In this document: piece after piece, positions 11,391 through 23,100 of the stretch
Position numbering within the stretch: the stretch's first letter is position 1
Layout: each line of letters begins with the position of its first letter
DNA from: Asterias rubens
Taxonomy: Eukaryota
DNA: 64,000 nucleotides
Assembly: GCF_902459465.1 (NCBI RefSeq)
Contig: NC_047068.1
Location: 18,662,001 to 18,726,000 of the forward strand
Reading direction: 5' to 3'
The notes under the pieces: generated by a model
The model's input: the letters and a program-made list of their open reading frames with translations, nothing else
Told to the model about the DNA's origin: nothing
Databases searched by the model: none
Made by a program: the position numbers and the translations under genes

Positions 11391-13075
11391 TTTAATTTTT
11401 GAAGTTGTCGCACCACCAAGTTAGCGCAAACAAACGCGTATGTGCTTGTTATTTGGAATGGTGCTCGTAGTTACACGATTATGGGTCTATTTAGTTATTA
11501 CTATTGATGAATCACCTCATATTCAAATGAAAAATTAAATGTTTTTCATTACTGTGGTGTTCTACTTGTTCAGGCGTATAAAAAGTAACCCCTATCTAGT
11601 AGTTTCGGCCCAAAATAGGTAAACAATGTGTCTATTCTACATCTTAACTGTACAGTATTGCAATTACAGCCCACTATACACCAATTAGAAAAACAGAGAA
11701 AATCAAACTAAGATAATACCTACAATGAATTTGTTAGTAATAGTATTGATTACAACAAATTGCTGGGTTGTTACACAGATGAAATGCTAGGATGTCTTGA
11801 TGATACTGATTTGTTGTATACGTGTTGCTTTCCTTTGTACCATGCAGCCTTTCAAGATGTCAGTAGGGTTGATTCCCTCCATTCTTGGTTGTAGGAACTT
11901 CTAGCAAGGAAAGATAAAGTAAACAGTTTATATGCAATTGCAGGCAAACAATTAGGTGCAAAATCTCTTGCAGAGGTATCTATGGCCTCCTTCCCAGTGA
12001 TATTAGGGTTGTGTTTTAGTGTGATAAGTGACCAATGTTTACCTAATTAATTTTCAAACCATTACTCATCTTTTTTTGGGGGGAGGGCGGGCGGGGGGTT
12101 CAAAGTAGGTTGTAGTACTCTGTGAGGAAATATGACAAGTACTTTGTATTACCTCCTTTCCATCATCTATTCAGGGGAGGTTTTCGCTTGAATTAAATTT
12201 TAAAATCAATCACCACTCTAAAAATGTATTGCATTGATTGATGCACCTTTTGAAAGCTTGAACTAGCTTGACATATAAAGACAACCAAGGCCTGTCAATT
12301 CAAACAAGACATAAAACTGATTTGACTTCTGTACAAACAAGAGCCACATGACTTCTGTACAATTATTCAAGATCTCAATGGACCGGGTTAAAATTAAAAG
12401 TTTGTTTTCTGGGAATTCACCTTTTACTGGAGAGTGAAGCTCTTGTATCAGAGGCTGGTCTTGGACATCTACTTGGTGACGGGTAGTTGCAATGGAGATC
12501 CCGAAGCCCGACTGCAACACACAAAAAATTCACAATTCGCAACATTTAGATTTGTTACACACATTATCCATCAGTAAAACACCTAGATCAATTTTGTTTC
12601 AATACATTTGTTTTCTATACTTTCGATCACAAATATATGAAGACAAAACATTGAAAACACAAAACGGCAGCGTATTGATTGGCTGTGCTCATGCACATTA
12701 GGAGTATTTTGACTGGTGCAAAATGAAGCAACAGCAACTCAGGTGTATGCCAAATGCTGGGAACAGTTCTCTTAAGGGGTTGCTGATGATAATATGAACT
12801 TTATTGATCAGTCATGCCAGTTAGCTCTCAGAATAAATTATTTATAGCACATGACATAATCATAGTATAAATTAACAAGACTAAGATTTTGTGTCGTTTA
12901 ATTGATGACCACGTTTTGATCATTGTAAATCTCATTGCTGTCCTGTTAGTATCTGTGCACACAGCACAAACGTGTCTATCTGGTTAACGGCCAAGCTATG
13001 GGCTAGTTTTTCGTTATCTCACAAGCACTGCAATGCACAGCCGACAACTGCTAGCAGGTGCCTTTAAAAGATCAC

Positions 13076-13454
13076 TTAAAGACAGTGGACACTATTGGTA
13101 ATTACTAAAAAAATAAATATCAGCATAACACCTCACTTGCTAACAAGTAATGGGGAGAGGTTGATAGTATAAAACATTGTGAGAAACATCTCCCTCTGAA
13201 GTGACGTAGTTTTCAAGAAAGAAGTGATTTTCCACGAATTTGATTTTGAGACCTCAAGTTTAGAATTTGAGGTCTCAAAATCAAAGATATGAGAGCACAC
13301 AACTTCGAGTGACAAGGGTGTTTTTTCTTTCATAGTTATCTCGCAACTCTGACGACCAATCAAGCTCAAATTTTCACAGGTTTGTTATTTTATGCATATG
13401 TTAAGATGAGATGACTGGTCTTTGACAATTACCAATAGTGTCCACTGTCTTTAA
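13076..13454 (-). mobile_element. TTAA-flanked Kolobok/T2-like MITE, family A
   Basis: TTAA-AGACAGTGGACACTATTGGTAATT ... ATAGTGTCCACTGTCT-TTAA; body shared with five other copies. Confidence 0.9.
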
Positions 13455-14039
13455 TGGAAGGGTATGTTTTCTGTCAGCATTACAAATTACGAGATTCCAT
13501 ACATTAAGTTTGTTTCAAGCATGTGTCGTTAAGGAATGTTTCGGCCTGGCAAAAGATAGAGTGGCAGATTTCTTTGGGATAAAAAAACTGGCAATAGCTG
13601 GTAAAACTGGCACCCCTACACTTTGTACTAACCTCTACACAATGATTGCTGGTTGATCACTGCTCCCATGCTGAGTGTTTAGGGTCATCCCTGGCTGCTA
13701 GGTCTCTGACATGTCTTGGTAAAAACACAGATTGTTGGTGCTGTACATGTGTCTTCACTAAACACAAGGAGAAAAAAAAGGAGGAAATAATTCAAACTCA
13801 TGGTGACAAAAAACCTCATCAGGACCCTATTTCATGGCTCTGATTATAACTGAAATCTGTGCTTTTGATCAACATATTCTGCTTATGTGCAAGCGCCATA
13901 TTTCTGCGCTAGCAGTGTAGCTTGGAATGCCTACTAGTGTGGAGTATGCACGCACACAAGCAAAACTACACATTCTCTGTGGTCCATCAAGGGGGACGTA
14001 GAGCCGCCCAAACCAATCGATTTGTTGCAGACTGCCACA

Positions 14040-14150
14040 ACTGCTGTGCCAGTCCGGTGAGCCATGGTCCACTTCTAGCTGGCGCAACGAGATGCTGCGT
14101 GGTCGCCCTCTGGGTCTCTTCCAGGCTGGGCCAGGACGGAGTCCCCCTCG
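14040..14150 (-). mobile_element. Short RTE/RTEX-like ORF2 C-terminal remnant
   Basis: WKRPRGRPRSISLRQLE resembles the W.RPRGRPR..W..Q terminal motif of RTE-clade elements. Confidence 0.5.
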
Positions 14151-15687
14151 AGCGTACACGCTCAGCTTGAAAATTGTAGTCAAATTTGTGTTCGCTTTGT
14201 AAAGAACCTTTGTATATTTATACCCAGGACGTGACGTCCTGCAGGGCTAGTCAGCTCCCAGTGCCCTGCTTGTGGAGTGGGTCACTTGGGGGCTTGCCCC
14301 AGGTAAACGACGTCACTACGAGAGCGGTGAGTGGTCGTTCGTTTAGCTCATTGTCAGGGGCTCACCCGAGTGAGCACCGCGGGGTAGACCTGGGGAAGCT
14401 AAACGCTACCATAGAGCAATGTCAAACATTTGCTTTCAAATTTTGCGCCGTCGTAAACTAATTTATTTCACAAACATAGGTTTTGAATAGTTCTTTAATT
14501 TTCCACACAGATCCTACCAACTCACCCTTTTAATTTGTGAACATTCAAGCCATTCAGTCGTCCGTAAACACTGGTAAAGGAGAGAGTCGTCCACCGGGAA
14601 AACGAGGTCATCAGTTCAGGTAAATTTGTCTTGTATTAATGGCAGGCGGCAAGCTCGGTGGTGCCCGGGGTGTATTATTGGATTAGCGCGCTCTTGCATT
14701 GAAAACAGTTTGCACTGGTAGCCTGTTTATAGTGACGTCAGTAGTTTTGCCACGCCATGGGTGGGGTACAAAATGAAATAAAACTAAATCCAAAACAAAA
14801 TAAATAAAAACACGATGTTTTGTTTATATTTCTGTAGGACGAGCGGTCGGCGAGTTTTTTTTTTTTGTAATTTTGGTTTAGTTTTTTTTAAATACACGGT
14901 GTTTTCTCTGAAAGATTACCACGGAGGCTTTGAAGGGACACACTTAGAGAGAAGTTACAATCTTTTCATGACTTTCAGCCTACATCTCAAAAGTTTGACG
15001 TGGTACAAGTCATAATTTGGAATTATAATCTCATAAATATAATGTACGCATGTCATAGTTGCCCTTTGCTAAAACAAAAATCAATGCAGTGCGCTAATCT
15101 GTCCTTAAAAAATGGGCCGGGGCGTGCGTTATAGTCGGGATCAGGGGCCCGCTTTAGGGCCCGGAAAATTGTAAGGTCGTAGAATGCTCTCTGGTGCATT
15201 CGTCCTCTTTAGAGACATCTTTTGACCTATTCATTTAATATGAAATTATTTTAAAAGGTAATACAAAAAATGCAAGTTCCTCAAAAATGTTGTTGCCACC
15301 TTTTTTGCTGTGATATGCCGAGTCTATAAGGGGTGATTTGCATCATTTGGGGGATCACTTTTAGCCATTTGGTGCACCATTTTGCTATGATGTTGGTTAT
15401 TGTATCTGAAAAACAACTCAATAACAGCTTTGTATACATTTTTTGCACATTCAATGCTCAGATGGCGTTTCGTCCCGGTCATCGACAAGGGCGGATTTGT
15501 ATACATATTGTTTTTTTCGGAAGGGGGGGGGGTATTTGGGCAAAGACTATTTAAGATGGAGCATGTGTGTGCCAACACGAAACCTTTTACAGCGTGGGGG
15601 TCTGAGGAAATCATCAGATCAGATGAAAAGTTGCATGCCTGTTTGTTAAGGTCTTTTCATGCAAAGATATTTCAAAACAAACTTGCT

Positions 15688-16030
15688 TTAAAGGGAAGGT
15701 ACACTGTTGGTAATTGTCAAAGACCAGTGTTCTCACTTAATGTATCTCAACATATGCATAAAATAACAAACATTTGAAAGTTTGAACTCAATTGGTCATC
15801 GGAGTTGGGAGAAAATGATGAAAGAAAAAACACTCTTGTTGGACGAATTTGTGTACTTTCAGATAGGAATAAAAGACTTCTAGCTAGAAGTCCTTTATTA
15901 ATATTATTTTAGTGAGAAATCACCTCTTTCTCAAAAACTACGCAGAGGGAGTCTCCAATGGTAGTTACCAAGTTATTTTTTAAGTTGATATTTGTTTTGA
16001 GTAATTACCAAACGTGTACCTTCCCTTTAA
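15688..16030 (+). mobile_element. TTAA-flanked MITE, family A body with variant TIR AGGGAAGGTACAC
   Basis: ttaaagggaaggtacac ... gtgtaccttccctttaa. Confidence 0.85.
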
Positions 16031-16642
16031 CATGCATTATCCAAACATTTGAGACATCCACGAACACCATGTTATCACTATCAGAACACGCTAACAAATA
16101 ATTAATGGTGTGACTTTTCAACCATATAATACAGTCTTTCTCAAAGGCTAAAAAGAGAAAGACTCTGCTTTAGGGTCGAAACTTCAAATCATTAACTATC
16201 TTTTGCATATTACATGCTATGGTCGATAGCAGTTTCAAACAGCTATTTACTATTTTCCGAAATCAAAACTTATCACACAATGATTCTCTTTAAGACAAGA
16301 CACAATAGGATAGTTTATCTTCATCATTCTTGTAAGGTTTCTTACTCATTTTAATTGTATAAGTTATGCATTTATCTATTCCTTTCCAGTGTTACCAATA
16401 CAACAGTCAAATCAAATAGGCAGTACTGCAACCATTTCATTCGTATAAATAAAACCAAGACATAAAAACAGGACTTAAAATATATTTTACGACATCAAAT
16501 CTCTCCGTGTACCACACTGGTATCAAATTATTTCCATAAATTCATAAAAATAAATTAATAACTGTAAAGGTCGTACTCAAGTCAGGCATGATATATGAGA
16601 AAAAGTATGAATATTTTATTAAGTGAAAGGGCTGACCTAATT

Positions 16643-16825
16643 GTCGCGGCATATTGGTTAAAAGCACCAGACTAAAGCTCTTGTGTTTCTGATCAGCAGG
16701 GTGTTGGTTCGTGTCCCAGTCATGACAATTGTGTCCTTGAGCAAGAAAATTTACCATAATTGTTTTTTCCTCAGAAGCTGTAGGTCCGTTGTACTACAGT
16801 AGCATTGGTAGTTCACGTAAAAGCT
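16643..16825 (+). mobile_element. Truncated tRNA-derived CORE-like SINE
   Basis: gatcagcagggtgttggttcgtgtccc ... gtgtccttgagcaagaaaatttacc. Confidence 0.65.
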
Positions 16826-17679
16826 TTGAACGATTTTAATCTCTAAGCTTTCCTTTAATAAACTTGATTCACACCTCCCCCCCTAAAGTAATTAAGAAAG
16901 TATACACAGTGGTATTGTGATAGCTTACCCTGTTATAATATATCACATTTTTTCAGAATCCATCATTTGACACAATTACTATACGTTTTCCCAGTCATTT
17001 TGGGCTAATAAGAGGCCATTTTAAAAATTGGGTCATTCTACATGTATTTGGAATGAAATTGATTGCTTCTCACAACAGTCATTCAATTTTATTTAATATG
17101 CAGCAAATGTTCTCTTGCGTCAGGCAATTAAACAGTTTAAGACCAACACAAAGATTTTCAAAATGAATAGTAACTCTGGGCAAATCAGTATTTACCTGGT
17201 GCCCATCATGTGGCTTTAATTAAGGTCTAAATAGCTAAATCGCAAAAAAGGTCTTGCTGTCTTGCAGCCAATCGCAATTAATTGCTCTTTCATTTGCTCT
17301 TTTAATTTAATTTCTACATGTATATTTGGTTTGTGGTAACACCATATGTAAATCTACTTGATGGGTTGATTATGTTCTTCTAAGAACACCTTATTACTTT
17401 ATAATCTACTACCGCAAAGTAGTCTTGACTTGATTCAGAAGACTTTATATCTGTTCTAAGAAAATAAAGTTGTCCTGCTTTTTAGAACTGAGTAGTCTCC
17501 CGAATTAGGATAATCTACTAATGTTTATTATACTAAGGTTTATAAAGCAATAAAGATCTCCAAAGATCATAATCTACCCAGCAAATAGATACACACAGAG
17601 TGTTACCGCAAACAAAGTATACAATGATACCTCACCATGCAATACCTCTCAATCAAAATTCAATTTTCAATAGTATCCT

Positions 17680-18038
17680 TTAAAGGCAGTGGACACTATT
17701 GGTATAATACTCAAAATAATTATCAGCATAAAACCTCACTTGGTAACGAGTAATGGGGAGAGGTTGATAGTATAAAACATTATGAGAAACGGCTCCCTCT
17801 GAAGTGACGCAGTTTTCCAGAAAGAAGTAATTTTCCACGAATTTGATTTTGAGACCTCAAGTTTAGAATTTGAGGTCTCGAAATCAAGCATCTGGAAGCA
17901 CACAACTTTGTGTGACAAAGGTGTTTTTTTCTTTCACAGTTATCTTGCAACTTCGTGACCAAATGTTCACAGGTTTGTTATTTTATGCATATGATGGGAT
18001 ACACCAAGTGAGAAGACTGGTCTTTGATAATTACCAAA
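17680..18038 (-). mobile_element. Family A MITE, right end truncated
   Basis: ttaaaggcagtggacactattgg; body matches 13076 and 55026; ends at aattaccaaa. Confidence 0.85.
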
Positions 18039-18833
18039 CATGTGTTTTCTCCCGCATATCAGTGTTTGAGCTATCTTTTGAACTATCTTTTATACAAACA
18101 GGTGATTTAAAGAGAGTTCATGTTGTATTTGACTAGAGGAAAATACATAAAAAAGTACAAAATTCAATCGGCAAAATTATCTGTACATTTCATCTGGAAC
18201 GCCATTCTTCATTTCAACTTCAATTAGAAAAAATTATAATCCTCCATAAAAACAAATATCCTTAATCAAAAACAATTCTTTATCGAGACCTTATCCCTCT
18301 CTCTAAAAATCGACCTCGGTAACAACCTTCCCCTTCCCAAATAAAAAATAAATTAATTAAAACAAAAAAAGGTTGTTTAACCTAGGCCAGTGCTTTGAGG
18401 TCACCCTTTGAAATCTAGTATGAAACCTTATCTGGAGTAAACTTGTCCCCAAACCTTACCAATGTCATTTGTGAATTAGACTTGAATATTGTCAGGTAAA
18501 TAACTTGCTTATAGTCACAAGTGAAAGTTCAATTCAAATTCCTTGGACTACAGATAGTTGCTATTTCACACGACTTCAGGGCAAGCTTTTGCGTAAAGAT
18601 AATGTACACCATCACTAGTTCTAAATCAATATATATGGAACAATGGTACCAGGTTTTGCCCATCTGGGCCCAGTTTCATGAAGCCTGTATGCACAAAAAC
18701 TTGCTAAGCACAAAACAAGTCTGGCTAAGCAAACATAGGTTACCAATCAGAACACCATACAGTTACAATTGCTGCTACTGGATGGTACCCTACTCATTTC
18801 TTGTTTAGCAAAGAATTTTGCTCAGCAGAAGAC

Positions 18834-18877
18834 GTCTTCTGAAGACGAGCAGAGTATACTGTTCGAAATGTCGAGAC
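18834..18877 (+). ncRNA. Minimal type-I hammerhead ribozyme motif (Penelope-like element type)
   Basis: GTCTT-CTGAAGA-C-GAGCAG(agtata)CTGTTC-GAAA-TGTC-GAGAC: stem I 5 bp, intact CUGANGA and GAAA, 6-bp stem II, GUC triplet ending 18872. Confidence 0.72.
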
Positions 18878-19481
18878 CACACCGGCTCTTCTCAGAGTCA
18901 ACACTCCCCTAAAAGAGATACTTAATAGCTACTCTGTCTTTATACTGGGGAATCTATATCGAGTGTTCACTTGTGCTCAATCAAGTCATAGTTGTACCAG
19001 ACATTTTTCGAGTCTAACTTTCCAAAGGTTTTACTAGCCATGGGTTAACAATTACCTGCAGTATCAACAGCACCAGTCAAAACGCTGGGGTTTAAAATTA
19101 TATTGTACAAAAATAAATACTTTGGACTGTGAATAAAGTCTATTAATACATCTCTTAAATCTTATCTACAAACTCAAAAGGAATGAACCATTTTTGTTTA
19201 ACAGTGAGCTTATTCTTATTACAGATCATCAAGATAAATATGTATAGGCATAGCCCCACTCATCCTTGCTGCGAATGAGAACGCGCGATTACAAATTTGC
19301 AGGAGTTGATCACAAGTCGAATGTGTTTGTTGCGAAATTGTAACGCCAAATTTGTATCGCGTTTGCACATACAGAAAGTATAAACCGGGCTTAAAGCTGG
19401 TGATATTTTGGCAAGCATTCTTTTCTTGAGCAAATCACACTTGGCGGCAAACAATAATGGTTTATTCCTCTGTTGCCTTTC

Positions 19482-20153
19482 TCACCTAATCCTACCGTCC
19501 GATTTAATAAACTTTAACTCTGCTTTAGGATCTGGTGAAAGCGTACTCCATGACTGACTATAGCATGCCTTAAACTGTTTACAATCCGATTGTTTGGTAG
19601 CATTAGCTGGTGAGACGCAGAATCCAAGAACAGACCAGTGCTGACCTACGACCTCATCCACCCATTCATGAAGCCCCGCCCCGAGAAGATGAGCCTTTTT
19701 ATCTGCCTCTTCAATCAGAGGGGTCGAGTCCGTTAACTGGAAGAGTGACTTCATGCTAGAGAAGTCCTTATCAACGTATTTATTATTTGGCACGCCAGAG
19801 TTGAGCCTGACCGCATCGGCCTGGAGGATAGCCTTCCCGCTATTAAAAGCGAGCGGGACGATCAGAAACTCTATTTCAGCGACTACCATCCATTGATACA
19901 ACAGCTTGATGTACCATTTTCCAGGGCGAAGCGGTTTCTTAAATGGGGGGCTGTGATGCGTTTCCTCCTTGTCGTGGTCGACAGTCGTATCAAATGATGC
20001 AGCGACGTGATTGGTTGGATCGATCCATGAGATAGTGACTAGGACCTGCTCACCAGGCTTCCATTTTAGGAAGACGATGGGGGAGTCGGTGGGACCCATG
20101 ATGTTAGCAAAGTTACGCAGCACTCTTTCTTTCAGGTCGTACTCTGTGCCGAC
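19482..20153 (-). CDS. XYLT: XYLT terminal coding exon: [21 protein letters not shown]...[18 protein letters not shown]
   Basis: Acceptor cttacag|GTC; TGA at 19482-19484; typical XYLT C-terminus. Confidence 0.96.
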   Translation of the reverse strand, partial: VGTEYDLKERVLRNFANIMGPTDSPIVFLKWKPGEQVLVTISWIDPTNHVAASFDTTVDHDKEETHHSPPFKKPLRPGKWYIKLLYQWMVVAEIEFLIVPLAFNSGKAILQADAVRLNSGVPNNKYVDKDFSSMKSLFQLTDSTPLIEEADKKAHLLGAGLHEWVDEVVGQHWSVLGFCVSPANATKQSDCKQFKACYSQSWSTLSPDPKAELKFIKSDGRIR

Positions 20154-23100
20154 CTGTAAGACAATGAGACAACAGTCAATGATCTTTACTTGAGTTATGT
20201 CTTAGCAGTAGTTAGTTCCAAACCTAGGCTTTGGCTCCAGCTTCTGTCATCATCATTACTTGTTCAGATATTTCACAACCAACAGCACAACGAGCGCCAT
20301 AAGAGTGTCATGGCCGAGTTGGTTTAGAGCATCAAATTCAAATTCTGGTGGTTAAGTCATTAGAGTGTGGGTTTGATTCTCAGTTGTGACACTCGTGTCC
20401 TTGAGCAAGATACTTTACTATAATGGGAGACTTTCTGGGACGATAGAGGGCAGCAGACTTACCGGGTAAATCCATTGTTCTCAGAATTATGCGCATGTTC
20501 AGAACTACGTAAACAATGGAAATTTACCCGGTATGTCTGCTGCCACCTAGTGTTGGAAAGTCTCCTATTGCTTGAACTCTCCACCCAGGGGTACAAGTGG
20601 GTACCTGCGAGGGTAGAGGTTGATTTTGTGTATGAAAAAGCCTTTGGAGGGCTACGGCAGTTTTGGGCTGTACACTCCCCAGAGAGCTAAGAAAGAATAC
20701 AGGAATGTAATTGGCCCAATTACCAGGGTAAAACGCATTGAGACGTTATGATCATTATGACACTTCTGATCAGCAGAGTGTGGGTTCGAATTCCTAGCCT
20801 TGACACTTGTGTCCTTAAGCAAGACACTTAACCAATGCTTAGTCCTCGGATGGGACGTAAAGCCGTTGGTCCCATGTGTTATTGTGTTTATACGCATGTA
20901 AAAGAACACAGTCCACTTTATATCGAAAACAGAAGGGGGTTCGCCCTGGTATTCCTGGTTGTGGTTGCTTAATGCGCCGTAGCACCTTGTAAACCCTTAC
21001 AAGGTGCTAATAAATAATTGGGTCTCAGAATCCATCACTGCACTAACCTATCTTTCTGAAAGTTTGTACATACTCAGCGCCTTGAGTACCTTATTTGGTA
21101 GATACAGGCGCTATACAAGACTTTTATATTGTTATTGTGAACTGCACTGTATAAGCACTAGTTATAATTATTATATTAGGATGGATAGGAAAAGAGAAGA
21201 AATGTTCAGCTTTAGATGTGAGAGGAAACCACGCAACCAGGTAGGGACTGAAAACCCAATCCACATACAAAGCTCCAGTCTGAGGTGGAGAACGAACTGG
21301 TATCTACAGAGGTGAAATACAGGGAAAGAAACCCTGCACTGAGCCAACCGGAACCCAATTAGTTTTGCCAGGGGTAAAGATCAATGTACAACTTTAATCT
21401 AAAACCTCAAACCAACCTGAAATTTCTGCAGTCTGGTACTCGGCCCAATATAGTTAGTAACTTTATATTCAGACGACTTGGATAACCAGACCTCCATGTT
21501 GTCAGTGGTACCCTTGGGTGTCTGACCTTCCACGGTAACCACTAGACCTCTAAAGTCATCATTGTGCAAGTACATAGTGACTTCTTTAGGGGAAGATTTG
21601 ATGCTGTAGGCACAATGGTCATCATATGGCTGGCCCTTAAAATCAAACAACAAATAAAATATGACCATTAAAGAAAGATTTATAAAAATCTTGGTTTGGT
21701 TAGAAAACAGCAAAAATTACAAATGTGTAAATGAATCTAGACCAGTACTTGAAAGTATGAGCTTTGGCCTACTTAATAAATAGCCACAGGAGTGTTCACA
21801 ATTACATGGTAATATTAACTTGGTGATGCTTCATGTTCATTAAAGGAAATCATGTTGAATCCATTGATCTAGTTATAGATTTGAAAAGGTAGATCAATCA
21901 CATGTGTACATGTGGTATAGGTCATTAATTCTGTAAGGACATGTTTANNNNNNNNNNNNNNNNNNNNNNNNNNNNNNNNNNNNNNNNNNNNNNNNNNNNN
22001 NNNNNNNNNNNNNNNNNNNNNNNNNNNNNNNNNNNNNNNNNNNNNNNNNNNNNNNNNNNNNNNNNNNNNNNNNNNNNNNNNNNNNNNNNNNNNNNNNNNN
22101 NNNNNNNNNNNNNNNNNNNNNNNNNNNNNNNNNNNNNNNNNNNNNNNNNNNNNNNNNNNNNNNNNNNNNNNNNNNNNNNNNNNNNNNNNNNNNNNNNNNN
22201 NNNNNNNNNNNNNNNNNNNNNNNNNNNNNNNNNNNNNNNNNNNNNNNNNNNNNNNNNNNNNNNNNNNNNNNNNNNNNNNNNNNNNNNNNNNNNNNNNNNN
22301 NNNNNNNNNNNNNNNNNNNNNNNNNNNNNNNNNNNNNNNNNNNNNNNNNNNNNNNNNNNNNNNNNNNNNNNNNNNNNNNNNNNNNNNNNNNNNNNNNNNN
22401 NNNNNNNNNNNNNNNNNNNNNNNNNNNNNNNNNNNNNNNNNNNNNNNAATGATGAGTAGACAACTCTCGGGAGAAGCTCTGGGAGGGGGTGTAATGTAAA
22501 CCTGCAAAGAATTGAAACAAGAAATTACCAATAATAGTCATAATTCACTTCCAAGTTTCAGAAATCAATACAATGTTTTGGCTCAGAGACTTGAACTTCA
22601 CTCTGAAGGAAAACAGCACTTTTCCTCGAGGAAAATATAAATTTGTATAATTGGACTGCAAGGGGCACCACAGCAAAAGCACAGGGCACCACGGCAATTG
22701 CTTGTGGGTGTCAAGGGTTTTTTCCAGGTCTGGGCGTTGATACAAAGCTCTAGCTCCATTTGGAAAGTTTGTTTAGAAAGGAGATGGGAAACTGGATGGA
22801 GATTTACAAACTAAGTTTAATTCATTACACATGCTTCAGGAATCCATGTATGTGCACAAGTGTTCTCCTGAATTCTCCTGAATAGTTCTCCAGAACTATT
22901 CCCCATATCTACTTCTGTCAGATTTTGGCTTCAGATTACACAACACACTAGACATGAATCACTTTAAAACTCCTTAGATAAACAAATATTTTAATGAAAT
23001 TTTCTTGCTCAAGGACGGTAGCCAAAGTGAAGGAGTCAAGTGTACAAGAATGCAATGTACATTTACCATGACTGATGTTTATCTTGTAATGGCCAAGTAG

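Noticed and set aside
21869-22541. ORFs of 172-220 aa across the gap
   Set aside because: Artefacts of translating N; only the 54-nt NHE exon fragment is meaningful
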